DNA of 64,000 bases. Source: Patescibacteria group bacterium (GTDB lineage: Bacteria; Patescibacteriota; Microgenomatia; JAMCZE01). Position 1 is the first letter of the stretch. Each line of letters opens with the position of its first letter. A model generated the notes under the pieces. It searched no databases. It was not told the DNA's origin and saw nothing but the letters and a program-made list of their open reading frames with translations. The DNA lies in contig JAMCRP010000001.1 in the NCBI GenBank assembly GCA_023380635.1, forward strand, positions 341,200-405,199, given 5' to 3'. Positions 19,911-29,680 of the stretch are shown in pieces. A program made the translations under genes and the position numbers.

Positions 19911-21608
19911 ATGACTCATTTGGAGCTACGAGATAAGTTTTTGGCGTTTTGGAAAGACCGCGGACACGGAGTTATTCCCAGCGCTAGCCTTGTACCGGAA
20001 AACGACCCCTCGGTTCTCTTTATTACGGCCGGTATGCATCCCCTGGTACCATACTTACTTGGTCAACCGCATCCTTCCGGTAAGCGTCTGGTTGATGTTC
20101 AAAAAGTTATCCGCACTGACGATATCGACGAAGTCGGTGATCCCATTCACCACACTTTTTTTGAAATGCTTGGCAATTGGTCTTTAGGAGATTATTTCAA
20201 GAAGGAGGCCATTGAGTGGTCCTATGAATTTTTAACAAAAGACTTAAAGCTTGACCCCAATAATTTAACAATTACCTGCTTCACCGGCGATAAAGATGCG
20301 CCTAAAGACGAATTTAGCGCTAAAGTTTGGGAGTCGTTGGGTATACCAAAAGACAGAATTAAGTTTTTAGGCAAAAAGGATAACTGGTGGGGCCCAGCAG
20401 GAGAAACTGGCCCATGCGGCCCCGATACCGAAATGCATTACAAAATGAATAGCGGCGAATTTTCTGAAATTTGGAACAACGTCTTTATGGAATATAACAA
20501 AACTACTGATGGAAAGTTTGAAAAACTGAAGCAACAAAATGTTGATACCGGAATGGGGTTAGAAAGAACTTTAGCTGTGGTTAACGGTTTTGACGATGAC
20601 TACCTTACAGAACTTTGGATGCCGGTCATCGAAAGACTGGAACAACTTTCAGGAAAAAAATATAAGCAAAACTTAAGATCATTTAGAATTATCGCTGATC
20701 ACATTCGCGCGTCTGTTTTTGCCATTTCCGATAGTGTTTTGCCGTCAAACAAACAACAAGGTTATATCCTTCGCCGTTTGATCCGTCGATCAGTTGTTCA
20801 GGCAAAGCAACTTGGAATCAATCCAGAAAGTTTAAACGAAATTGCCAGTATTTTTATTGAAATAATGTCCGGAGTTTACCCTGATCTTGTTTCGAACCGT
20901 GAGATGATCAGCAAAGTACTTTTAGAAGAAATCCAGCGGTTCGAAAAAACGTTAGATAAAGGTCTGCGGGAATTTGAAAAAATAAATACTATTACTGGTA
21001 GAGACGCCTTCAATTTATTTCAAACTTTTGGTTTTCCCTGGGAATTAACAGCAGAGCTGGCTAACCAGAAAGGACAAAAAGTTGATCAGGAAGAATTTAA
21101 AAATGAATTTCAAAAACATCAGGAGCTTTCAAGAACCGCCTCCGCCGGGATGTTTAGAGGCGGTTTAGTCGATCACTCCGAAACCGTAACCAGATATCAT
21201 AGTGCTACCCACCTTCTTCAGGCCGCGTTACGGCAAGTCTTGGGAGAACATGTTCATCAAGAAGGATCCAATCTTACCAGTGAACGCCTTCGCTTCGACT
21301 TTTCTCATCCGCAAAAACTGACTCCCGAAGAGATTAAACGGGTAGAAGATATTGTTAATGAACAAATTGCCAAAGGCCTGGAACAAAAAAAAGAAATTTT
21401 GACCTATGACGAATCGATCAAGTCAGGCGCGCTGGCGTTTTTCAAAGAAAGATATCCGGAAAAAGTAACGGTTTATTCTTTTGGAAATTTCAGCAAAGAA
21501 ATTTGCGGCGGCCCGCATGTGGCCAACACCAAAGAAATCGGAAGGTTTAAAATAATTAAGGAAGAAGCTGTTTCTGCCGGCATCCGGCGCATTTATGCCA
21601 AAATTTAA
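19911..21608 (+). CDS. alaS: Alanine--tRNA ligase, short form (catalytic plus editing domains, no C-Ala domain)
   Basis: Class II AlaRS motifs FFEMLGNWSLGDYFK and WWGPAGETGPCGPDTE. The editing domain has HSATHLL...CGGPHV. Only 565 aa. Confidence 0.9.
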   Translation: MTHLELRDKFLAFWKDRGHGVIPSASLVPENDPSVLFITAGMHPLVPYLLGQPHPSGKRLVDVQKVIRTDDIDEVGDPIHHTFFEMLGNWSLGDYFKKEAIEWSYEFLTKDLKLDPNNLTITCFTGDKDAPKDEFSAKVWESLGIPKDRIKFLGKKDNWWGPAGETGPCGPDTEMHYKMNSGEFSEIWNNVFMEYNKTTDGKFEKLKQQNVDTGMGLERTLAVVNGFDDDYLTELWMPVIERLEQLSGKKYKQNLRSFRIIADHIRASVFAISDSVLPSNKQQGYILRRLIRRSVVQAKQLGINPESLNEIASIFIEIMSGVYPDLVSNREMISKVLLEEIQRFEKTLDKGLREFEKINTITGRDAFNLFQTFGFPWELTAELANQKGQKVDQEEFKNEFQKHQELSRTASAGMFRGGLVDHSETVTRYHSATHLLQAALRQVLGEHVHQEGSNLTSERLRFDFSHPQKLTPEEIKRVEDIVNEQIAKGLEQKKEILTYDESIKSGALAFFKERYPEKVTVYSFGNFSKEICGGPHVANTKEIGRFKIIKEEAVSAGIRRIYAKI

Positions 21609-22041
21609 AACCAGCCGCTCATTCAAACGACCTGATTTTAACCCGACGGGCTTTCGGAAATTTCAAGACTTCCGGGCCAAAGAAAAATTTACTACCTGGT
21701 CGCAAAGCGCCGCGGCGGATAATTTTATCCGGCTTTTCATAATTGTGTGGTTTGTCCCTCTGCTTCTGGCAACGATTTTTGCAGCGTTTAATTTCCGCCT
21801 GCTTCCGAGCCAAATTCCGCTTTTCTACAGCCGTAACTGGGGTGAAGACCAGCTGGCGGCTAAAAGTTATATTTTTATTCCCCTGGCCGGAACTTTATTA
21901 TTGGGAATTTTCAATTTTGGCCTGGCAATTAACTTTCATGTCAATGACCGGGTTAGCTCCTACCTCCTCGGCGGTACTGCCGCCCTTGTTTCTCTTTTAG
22001 CTGCCATTACCACAGTAAATATTATTAATTTGATTAAATGA
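21595..22041 (+). CDS. Hypothetical integral membrane protein (148 aa)
   Basis: Several predicted TM helices; overlaps the alaS end and the next gene's start. No family recognised. Confidence 0.4.
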   Translation: MPKFKTSRSFKRPDFNPTGFRKFQDFRAKEKFTTWSQSAAADNFIRLFIIVWFVPLLLATIFAAFNFRLLPSQIPLFYSRNWGEDQLAAKSYIFIPLAGTLLLGIFNFGLAINFHVNDRVSSYLLGGTAALVSLLAAITTVNIINLIK

Positions 22042-23144
22042 ACTGGCCGCTTTTTAAAAACATTGCTTTCTTACCCCTCCTTATTTCTGCAATCTTAACT
22101 TTTATCTCAGTTCCAGCTGTCATCCAGATAGCAAACTATTTCGGCCTTATTGACGATCCGACAAAAAGACCTCACCCCGCCCACACTGAACAAAGAATTA
22201 TTCCCCGGGCTGGCGGATTGGCTTTGTATTTTGGATTAGTGCTGACAGCCGCGATGTTTATTCCGTTTGCCAAAGGAATTGTGGGTATTCTGCTGGGAGC
22301 GGGATTGTTGGTAGCCGTCGGTTTAATTGACGACTATCGTGATGTCCATCCGTATATTCGTTTCGGGGTAAATATTCTGGCGGCGATTCTGGCTGTCGCC
22401 GGCGGGGCTGGCATTGGTTTCATCACCAATCCAATAAGCGGCGGGGTCATGCATTTTGACACCATCCGCTGGTCTTTTGAATTCTTAGGAAAACACAGCA
22501 TCTTGCCGGTGGCTGATCTGCTGGCCATTATCTGGCTGGCCTGGTGTATGAATATGGTTGGCTGGAGTGGAGGTGTTGACGGACAGTTGCCTGGATTTGT
22601 AGCTATCTCCGCAGTTTTTATTGGTATCCTCTCGTTTAATCTGATTTCGATTGATAATTTCCCGGCCTGGACAGGAACCGCTCTGGCTTTCGTTACCGCC
22701 GGAAGTTACCTGGGATTTCTTCCCTGGAATTTTTTCCCCCAAAAGATTATGCCGGGCTATGGCGGTAAATCTCTGGCCGGGTTTTTATTGGGAACCTTGG
22801 CTATTCTCACTACGGCGAAACTGGGTACGGCAATTTTAGTGTTGGGTATTCCTTTAATTGATGCCATTTTTGTTAAGACTGCTGATCTTTTGTCAAAAAA
22901 GAATCCTATGATGGCCAGCCGCAATCATCTTCATCATCGACTCCTGGATGCCGGCTGGAGTAAGCGGCGGATTGCCTTGTTTTACTGGTTTGTCTCTGCT
23001 ATATTGGGGATAATTGCCCTGAATGTTAATGCCAAGCAGAAATTCTTTACTTTTCTGGTTGTCGCTATTGTTGTTGGAGGATTAATTTTATGGCTCAAAC
23101 TCTCTACTACCTTTTTCGGGAAGCCCGCCCCCGTCAATGGATAA
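22038..23144 (+). CDS. Polyprenyl-phosphate N-acetylhexosamine-1-phosphate transferase (MraY/WecA/TagO family)
   Basis: Polytopic protein with an IDDYRD motif and the C-terminal RNHLHHRLLDAGWS motif typical of WecA-like GPTs. Confidence 0.75.
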   Translation: MNWPLFKNIAFLPLLISAILTFISVPAVIQIANYFGLIDDPTKRPHPAHTEQRIIPRAGGLALYFGLVLTAAMFIPFAKGIVGILLGAGLLVAVGLIDDYRDVHPYIRFGVNILAAILAVAGGAGIGFITNPISGGVMHFDTIRWSFEFLGKHSILPVADLLAIIWLAWCMNMVGWSGGVDGQLPGFVAISAVFIGILSFNLISIDNFPAWTGTALAFVTAGSYLGFLPWNFFPQKIMPGYGGKSLAGFLLGTLAILTTAKLGTAILVLGIPLIDAIFVKTADLLSKKNPMMASRNHLHHRLLDAGWSKRRIALFYWFVSAILGIIALNVNAKQKFFTFLVVAIVVGGLILWLKLSTTFFGKPAPVNG

Positions 23145-24037
23145 AAAATCTGACAATTTTTGCCGCAATTTTTTTCACCGGCGAAATTCTTAATCCGCAA
23201 TTACTACTTACCAGCTTTGTCGCCTTTTTGGCTTTTTGCGCTGCTTCCTCTAGCATGTACATTTTTAACGATCTTCGTGATCTGGAAAAAGACCGGCTTC
23301 ATCCGTTTAAAAAGAATCGCCCTCTGGCTAGCGGAAAATTAAATCAAAAACTGGCAATTACCGCCGCAATCCTGGCCAGCATTATTGCCTTAATAATGGC
23401 GGCAACTATTAGCACCGCTTTCTTTTTTACGATAATTGCCTTTTATCTTCTGCAATTTTCCTACAGCATGTATTTGAAAAATGTCATCCTGCTGGATATT
23501 TTGGCCATTGCCGGAAGTTTTATTCTGCGGGTTTTTGCCGGAGAAATTGCCACCGGCTTTCATATTGATATCTGGTTATTCCTGACAGTTATTTCAGTCT
23601 CTTTGTTCTTGGCTATCGGTAAACGCCGGTCGGAACTGACTTTGCTTTCCGGCTGGAGCGGAACTGTTCCAATTAAAACCCGGGCAACCCTGTCCCGCTA
23701 CAGTGAAAAAATGCTTGATGTCTATATTTCGATGTTTGCCAACTCCGCCTGGATCACCTACGCGTTTTACACTTTTTTGCAGCGTCCCCCTATTTTGCGC
23801 CAGCGCATTGGCGACCTTTTTGACCAATATAATTTAGACGCGTTGCAGGGGAGAAAGTGGATCATGTTGACAATTCCGTTAGTCATTTATGGAATTATGC
23901 GCTACTTACAGTTAATTTATGAAAAGAATGAGGGCGAGTCGCCGGAGAAAGTTTTGTTGTCTGACAAAGCCCTGATCATTACCGCCACCGTTTTGGGTTT
24001 AATGCTCTTTACGACGATCTACGTTATCAATAAATAA
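23090..24037 (+). CDS. UbiA-family prenyltransferase, decaprenyl-phosphate phosphoribosyltransferase (DPPR synthase)-like
   Basis: Starts RPRQWIKNLTIFAA; NDLRDLEKDRLHP matches the NDxxDxxxD motif. GGAGG lies 9 nt before the ATG. Confidence 0.75.
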   Translation: MAQTLYYLFREARPRQWIKNLTIFAAIFFTGEILNPQLLLTSFVAFLAFCAASSSMYIFNDLRDLEKDRLHPFKKNRPLASGKLNQKLAITAAILASIIALIMAATISTAFFFTIIAFYLLQFSYSMYLKNVILLDILAIAGSFILRVFAGEIATGFHIDIWLFLTVISVSLFLAIGKRRSELTLLSGWSGTVPIKTRATLSRYSEKMLDVYISMFANSAWITYAFYTFLQRPPILRQRIGDLFDQYNLDALQGRKWIMLTIPLVIYGIMRYLQLIYEKNEGESPEKVLLSDKALIITATVLGLMLFTTIYVINK

Positions 24038-24861
24038 TCCTTTGCGACCCAACCTTCCTTATCTTTCCAGCGAATTTCCACCCAATTATCATTCTGCATC
24101 ATTACGGGGTACTTTTCGCCGGGATAAATTTTTCCTAATTCCTCAGCCGTGTAATCAGGAGTTTTTCTAACCCTGACAAAACCCAGCGGGTTGTCTTTAA
24201 CTGTTGCCGAACTTGAAGCGATCAAGGCGCTGGTTTCGGTTAAGTCTGAGCTGGGGCTGGCAATTAGTTCCGCGGTGGATTTGATTTGCCGCTGCGGTTC
24301 AAAGGTTAATTTGCGCAGTTTCACAATTGCATTTAGCCGGAAACCGGCAACGAGCCGGGCATGAATAATCTGATCAGCGTAACCGGACAAAGAAATGATT
24401 ACTACCTTGTCTCCCGAAGTTAGATCTTTAAAAACCGCCGAGGCCCGTCCTTTTTCCAAACCATCAATTGATACTGAAGCCCCGTCAGGATCAGAAACAA
24501 CAGCTAGCTCCGAAAAACGATCCGTCGGTAGCTTTTCCAAAGTCAGAATCTGGCCGGCAGAATCTTCTGGCAAAGAGGCCAGCTCTTGGCTGACATAAGT
24601 TAAAACTCCCGGCAATACTTTTACTTTATTTTCCCAAGCCTGAAGTTTTATTTGATATTCACCTGGCTTTATTTTTTCTGCCAGATATGGCGTTTTTCCC
24701 ACGGCTTTTCCGTCAATGACAACTTCAGTGCTAGGGATGGAATCGATCTGAAGTGATCCTAACTCCGGAGATTGTTTATCAGCCAAGTATTTTGCTCCCA
24801 CAACTGTGGCCATAAGGATGAATAATCCCAAGGCGATTAGAAGAACTTTTTTTGCGGCCAT
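24019..24861 (-). CDS. Secreted/anchored PEGA-domain protein with a C-terminal bacterial SH3 domain
   Basis: N-terminal TM, two PEGA-like repeats (VIDGKAVGKTPY, SIDGLEKGRASAV), and an SH3_3-like C-terminus. Confidence 0.6.
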   Translation of the reverse strand: MAAKKVLLIALGLFILMATVVGAKYLADKQSPELGSLQIDSIPSTEVVIDGKAVGKTPYLAEKIKPGEYQIKLQAWENKVKVLPGVLTYVSQELASLPEDSAGQILTLEKLPTDRFSELAVVSDPDGASVSIDGLEKGRASAVFKDLTSGDKVVIISLSGYADQIIHARLVAGFRLNAIVKLRKLTFEPQRQIKSTAELIASPSSDLTETSALIASSSATVKDNPLGFVRVRKTPDYTAEELGKIYPGEKYPVMMQNDNWVEIRWKDKEGWVAKDYLLIT

Positions 24862-24867
24862 TATCTA

Positions 24868-26367
24868 TTATTTGGCGGTTTCAGCCACCCGTAGCTCCCG
24901 GATGACCGTAATTTTAATTTGCCCCGGAAATTCCTTAATTTCCTGTTCAATTCGCTCTTTAATTTTAAAGGCAATGGCAGCTGCTTCGTTATCGTTAACT
25001 TTTTCCGGAGAAACCAGGACTCGAACTTCCCGCCCGGCTTGAAAAACCCAAGCCTCCGAAACTCCCGAAAAACTTTTACAAATCTCTTCCAGTTGTTTCA
25101 TGCGTGTCAAATATCTTTCCAGGTCTTCATATCTGGCTCCTGGCCGTGATCCGGAAATAGCGTCAGCCAGATAGACGATCATCGACTCAGCCGAAGAGAA
25201 AGGTTTTTCTTCATGATGCTCTTCGACACAGGCAATAACTTTCTCTGGAATGCCAAACTTGCGCAAAAACTGAGCCCCCAAGGCAGCATGTGATCCTTCC
25301 TCGGAATCAATAACTTTTCCGATGTCGTGAAGTAAACATCCCAGACGAACGATATTTACATCCGCACCGATTTCCTGCGCGATGGCAATCCCGATTTTTG
25401 TTTCTTCCGTGGTATGAACAATCATGTTCTGGCCATAAGAGAAACGGTATTTGAATTTTCCCAGGAGCTCCACAATCGGCCGCGGCAGATTATAGACTCC
25501 GACACTGTGGCATAATTTTTCCCCTTCATCCGCAATAATTCTTTCAATTTCCCGCTTAACCTGAGCTACCACTTCTTCTATTCTTGCGGGTTGGATTCTG
25601 GTATCCCGGATCAAGCGTTCCAGGGAAACCCGGGCAACCTCCCGACGGACAGAATCAAAACTGGAAAGTCTAATCACTCCTTCTTCATCTAGTTCTACAT
25701 CCACTCCGGTCGCTTTCTCAAAAGCCCGGATATTGCGGCCTTCCTTACCGATAATTCTTCCTTTAACTTCTTCATTAGGAACAGTCACTGTAGAAACGGT
25801 ATATTCCGCCACCAGGTCCGTGGCTCCATGGATCATTTCGGAAACAATAATTTCCCTGGCTTTAGTATCGGCCTCTTCTTTGGCTTCGTCTAAAACTGCC
25901 CTGATCATCTTTCCGGCTTCGCTTCGGGAACTCTCTTCGACGGCTGATAGAATTTTTTCTTTGGCTTCGTCAACGGACAGGCCGGCAATTTTTTGCAACC
26001 GCGCAAGCTGATCAGCTTTAATTTTTTCAACTTCTTCCCGGGTTTGTTCGGTCTGCTGCAGCTGCGAATTTAAGCTGGCCGTTTTTTGATCTAAAGCCTC
26101 TTCTTTCTGGGCCAGACGTCTTTCCAGTTCCACTACTTCCTGACGTAACCTCCTGGCTTCGTCCTCGGCCGCCGCCCGGATTTTAATGGCTTCTTCCTTG
26201 GCCGCAAAAACAATCTCTCTGGCCTGAGTTTCGGCTTCAAAAGCCGCTTTACCGTCAGTTTTCGGCTCAGGTTTAAGGGGCAAGGTTTTAGCGCTACCGG
26301 CTCTATTAACGATTTTGTGGGTTTTGTTATTCCCGACTGTTCGGGTTAATCGCGAAAAAAATGACAT
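24868..26367 (-). CDS. rny: Ribonuclease Y
   Basis: N-terminal TM/coiled coil, a KH domain, and an HD domain (LLHDIGK). Confidence 0.92.
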   Translation of the reverse strand: MSFFSRLTRTVGNNKTHKIVNRAGSAKTLPLKPEPKTDGKAAFEAETQAREIVFAAKEEAIKIRAAAEDEARRLRQEVVELERRLAQKEEALDQKTASLNSQLQQTEQTREEVEKIKADQLARLQKIAGLSVDEAKEKILSAVEESSRSEAGKMIRAVLDEAKEEADTKAREIIVSEMIHGATDLVAEYTVSTVTVPNEEVKGRIIGKEGRNIRAFEKATGVDVELDEEGVIRLSSFDSVRREVARVSLERLIRDTRIQPARIEEVVAQVKREIERIIADEGEKLCHSVGVYNLPRPIVELLGKFKYRFSYGQNMIVHTTEETKIGIAIAQEIGADVNIVRLGCLLHDIGKVIDSEEGSHAALGAQFLRKFGIPEKVIACVEEHHEEKPFSSAESMIVYLADAISGSRPGARYEDLERYLTRMKQLEEICKSFSGVSEAWVFQAGREVRVLVSPEKVNDNEAAAIAFKIKERIEQEIKEFPGQIKITVIRELRVAETAK

Positions 26368-26497
26368 AAATTCTTCAACTGTGGAAACAGAAGAAAAGAC
26401 CGGCAGTTACGCCAGCACTTTTTTTAGAAGCTCACGAATTTTGCTTAAAAGCTCGTTCAGGCTTGTCATATCTTCTTTTTCCAACTATAGAAATATT

Positions 26498-27106
26498 TTA
26501 CCGCGCGGCTCCCAATTTTGCAAGAACTTCTTCAACCGTGTCATAGTCAAATCCTCTCGAAATTAGAAACCGCATAATCTTTTCCCGCCACTTTTGCTCG
26601 CCCAGCTTTTCCTGAGACCATAGTTTTAGTTTCTTCTGAATTGCCCGCATGGCTTTCTCTCCTTCCGACTCTTTGTCTTTTGGTAATTTCACTTTGATGC
26701 CTTTACGAGCCAATTCCATTTCCAGCGCTCGTTTTCCTTTAGGTCTAAAAGTACTGCGTTGTTCTACCCACCAGGCCGCAAATTGTTCATCATTAATTTG
26801 TCCTATTTGTCTCAGTTTTTCCACCACGCCATCAATATCCTCTACTTTTTTTCTTTTCAGGTATTGGCGTATTTCGTATTCGGATCTCGGCCTAAACGAG
26901 AGAAAATTCAGAGAAGCATTAAACGCCTTTCCGAAATCGCTTTCCGCAATGATCTTATTTAAGTAGTCCTGAGAAATTTCTTGACCATTATATAAACCTA
27001 GTTTAACGATATCGTTCACATTCAGCCCGGTCGCAAATTTCCCATCGACATAAACACTAACCCGCTCCGGGTTTTTCTTCTGGTATTCCAGTTTAGTTAT
27101 TCGCAT
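26498..27106 (-). CDS. recX: Regulatory protein RecX
   Basis: Three-helix repeats with the YLxxRxRSExELRxxL pattern; adjacent to recA. Confidence 0.85.
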   Translation of the reverse strand: MRITKLEYQKKNPERVSVYVDGKFATGLNVNDIVKLGLYNGQEISQDYLNKIIAESDFGKAFNASLNFLSFRPRSEYEIRQYLKRKKVEDIDGVVEKLRQIGQINDEQFAAWWVEQRSTFRPKGKRALEMELARKGIKVKLPKDKESEGEKAMRAIQKKLKLWSQEKLGEQKWREKIMRFLISRGFDYDTVEEVLAKLGAAR

Positions 27107-27642
27107 AGAATTAGATATTCTGTATTGCCGGAGCCGCCTTTGATCGGTGACTCAGTTATTTTTCGAAATTTAAAACTATTAACAACTTCTTTCAAGTTCT
27201 CCTGGGGAATTATACCCCCGTGTTTAAGCGCCAAATCCTGGCGTTCATATTGTGGTTTTAACAGGGCAATTATTTTCCCGCCCGGCTTGAGAAATTCCCG
27301 GACTTTAGGAAGGATTTTATTCAGGGAAGTAAAAGTTACGTCTATCGTTACCAGGTCCACTTTATCCGGTAGAGTATCAAGGTACAATATATTCTGTCTC
27401 TCAATGACCACTACCCTAGGATCATTTCGCAGTTTCCAGGCAAACTCACCATAGGCCGTGTCCAACGCGTATACTTTGGCAGCACCGGATTGCAGTAAAC
27501 AATCTACAAATCCTCCTGTCGAACTTCCAACATCAAGTACGGTCATCCCCGTCACGTCCACCCCAAACTCCTTAAGAGCGTGTTCTAATTTCAATCCTCC
27601 TCTGGACACAAATTTCTTCTCGTCCATATTACGAACTAGCAC
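27097..27642 (-). CDS. tlyA: TlyA-family rRNA 2'-O-methyltransferase (FtsJ-like), no S4 domain
   Basis: VSRGGLKLEHALKEF, the LDVGSSTGGF SAM motif, and LKPQYE. Confidence 0.8.
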   Translation of the reverse strand: MLVRNMDEKKFVSRGGLKLEHALKEFGVDVTGMTVLDVGSSTGGFVDCLLQSGAAKVYALDTAYGEFAWKLRNDPRVVVIERQNILYLDTLPDKVDLVTIDVTFTSLNKILPKVREFLKPGGKIIALLKPQYERQDLALKHGGIIPQENLKEVVNSFKFRKITESPIKGGSGNTEYLILCE

Positions 27643-27901
27643 TAGAGTAACTTTTTAGACCGTATTGCCAAAATCTTTCTGAGATTATCCAGGTCAGAAT
27701 AACCATAATTACCGACATACCTGCCAACTTCCAGTCAAGAATATTTAATAGCGCCGTAACGGGAACATAAATTAATAACATAACCGGAAGTATAAAGAAA
27801 AAAATCATGATGAAATCTCTTATTAACCGAATCATAATACCCACACGATAGCTAAATGTAATTTGGTAAGACGCCTTGAAGAACTCCCAATATTTGCGCA
27901 T
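27629..27901 (-). pseudogene. 90-aa ORF resembling only the N-terminal part of an ABC-2 family permease; probable remnant
   Basis: MRKYWEFFKASYQITFSYRVG... is a typical ABC-2 permease start, but the ORF stops after ~2 TM helices. Confidence 0.3.
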
Positions 27902-27933
27902 GAAGTAATTATACGAGGCTTTTATGAAGCGTT

Positions 27934-29010
27934 CTACTCTTCTTTTCCGTTTTCTTCGCCGATGACGACTTTTTCGGAAGCGGCGCCGGCTTTCACTTTT
28001 TTATAGATCTCATCCTCAATTTGCTTGGCGACTTTTTTGTTTTCCACCAGGAATTCCCGGGCGGCTTCGCGACCCTGGCCCAGCATGGTGTCCTTATATT
28101 TAAGGAAAGCGCCGGATTTCTGGATCACATCCAGTTCCACGCCAACATCAATCAGACCATCTTCATATGACGGACCGGAAGCGGAATAGATGTTAAATTC
28201 AGCAACCCTGAATGGGGGAGCCACTTTGTTTTTGACAACTTTTACTCTGTGCCGGCTACCAATAACGGTGTCCCCTTCTTTAAGCTGTTCAATCTTGCGG
28301 ATATCCATCCGCACCGACGCGTAGAATTTCAAAGCCAGACCGCCGGTGGTCGTTTCGGGGTTGCCAAACATGACCCCGATTTTCTGGCGCAACTGATTAG
28401 TGAAAATGCAGATGGTCTTTGATTTATTAATTACTCCGGTTAGTTTGCGCAAGGCCTGAGACATTAATCTGGCCTGAAGCCCCATCTGGGAATCGCCCAT
28501 TTCGCCCTCAATTTCCGCCTTAGGAACCAGCGCGGCCACGGAGTCAATTACGACAACATCAATTCCTCCGGAGCGGATCAAAGTTTCAGCAATTTCCAAT
28601 GCCTGCTCGCCGGTATCCGGTTGGGAAATCAGAAGTTCGTTTAAATTAACTCCCAGTTTTTCCGCCCATTGCGGATCAAGAGCGTGTTCTGCATCAATAA
28701 AGGCTGCCGCGCCACCCACTTTTTGGGCCTGGGCAATTAAAGTCAGCATAAGAGTTGTCTTTCCGGAAGCTTCAGGACCGTAAATTTCGATAATTCTGCC
28801 CCGCGGCAAACCGCCCACACCCAAAGCCAAATCTACGGGAAGAATACCTGTCGGAATTACATCAGTGGTCATTTTCGGAGCGGCTTCGCCCATTTTCATA
28901 ATTGAACCCTTGCCGTACTGCTTTTCGATCTGGTCCATAGCCAGTCTTATAGCGGCCAATTTGGGATTAGCTCCGGCTGAAGAAGTGTCGTCTCCTGTTC
29001 CTCTTGCCAT
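27934..29010 (-). CDS. recA: Recombinase RecA
   Basis: GPESSGKTT-type Walker A (here EASGKTT) and L1/L2 loops; 358 aa. Confidence 0.97.
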   Translation of the reverse strand: MARGTGDDTSSAGANPKLAAIRLAMDQIEKQYGKGSIMKMGEAAPKMTTDVIPTGILPVDLALGVGGLPRGRIIEIYGPEASGKTTLMLTLIAQAQKVGGAAAFIDAEHALDPQWAEKLGVNLNELLISQPDTGEQALEIAETLIRSGGIDVVVIDSVAALVPKAEIEGEMGDSQMGLQARLMSQALRKLTGVINKSKTICIFTNQLRQKIGVMFGNPETTTGGLALKFYASVRMDIRKIEQLKEGDTVIGSRHRVKVVKNKVAPPFRVAEFNIYSASGPSYEDGLIDVGVELDVIQKSGAFLKYKDTMLGQGREAAREFLVENKKVAKQIEDEIYKKVKAGAASEKVVIGEENGKEE

Positions 29011-29105
29011 ATCTAGTCGTGATTAAACACCAGCAGATTCTAAAAAGCAACCACTAAATTGTCTCGTTTTGGCAATCTTTTCGTGTCCTAGAGAAAAAGC
29101 CTATG

Positions 29106-29176
29106 TCGGGGAGCCGAGAATCGGACTCGGACTGCTAGACCCCCAGCCTAGCGCGCTACCACTACGCCACTCCCCG
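29106..29176 (-). tRNA. tRNA-Pro (anticodon GGG), 71 nt, CCA not encoded, atypical T-loop (UCCGAUU)
   Basis: Hand-folded from the reverse complement: acceptor CGGGGAG/CUCCCCG, D-arm GCGU-AGUGGUA-GCGC, anticodon arm CUAGG-CUGGGGG-UCUAG, T-arm CCGAG-UCCGAUU-CUCGG. Lies in the recA-rpsI spacer. Confidence 0.6.
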
Positions 29177-29211
29177 AAAGATATGATGATTTTATCATAC
29201 TGATAGGTAGA

Positions 29212-29679
29212 TTAACGCTTCGGAGAGGATTTCTTTTTGCGGGCGCCGGGAAGACCAGGCTTCTTCGGTTCTTTCATTCGCGGATCGCGGGTCATGTAAT
29301 CTTTCTTGCGAAGAATGGCCCGAAATTTCGGATCCACCTGCACTAAAGCCCGGGCAATGGCCAGAGTCGTGGCTCCCAATTGCCCAGTTAGACCGGAACC
29401 TTCCACAACGACAGTTGTGATAAACCGGCCGGCAGTGTTGGTGGTTCGAAAAAGTTCGCTGTATTGGCTTTTGGCAAAGGGATCGGGGAAATATTTTTCA
29501 ATGGGCTTACCGTTAACGAAAGTGTCGCCTTTTTCCAGTTTTTTGCCGTCGATGGTTACTTCAGCGGTTGCCGGATAGACCCGAGCCCTGGCGATAGCGG
29601 TTTTGCGCCGGCCCACACCAAAGTACCACTTGGTGGCTGATTCCTGTTCGTTGTTTTCTGTTTTTTTCTCTTTCGGCAT
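29212..29679 (-). CDS. rpsI: 30S ribosomal protein S9
   Basis: Conserved S9 core with the C-terminal ...ARKKKSSPKR. Confidence 0.93.
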   Translation of the reverse strand: MPKEKKTENNEQESATKWYFGVGRRKTAIARARVYPATAEVTIDGKKLEKGDTFVNGKPIEKYFPDPFAKSQYSELFRTTNTAGRFITTVVVEGSGLTGQLGATTLAIARALVQVDPKFRAILRKKDYMTRDPRMKEPKKPGLPGARKKKSSPKR

Positions 29680-29680
29680 A

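Noticed and set aside
29011-29105. recA promoter/SOS box
   Set aside because: No convincing -35/-10 pair was found, and no LexA-box-like palindrome (CTGT-N8-ACAG or Gram-positive GAAC-N4-GTTC) was seen in the spacer.
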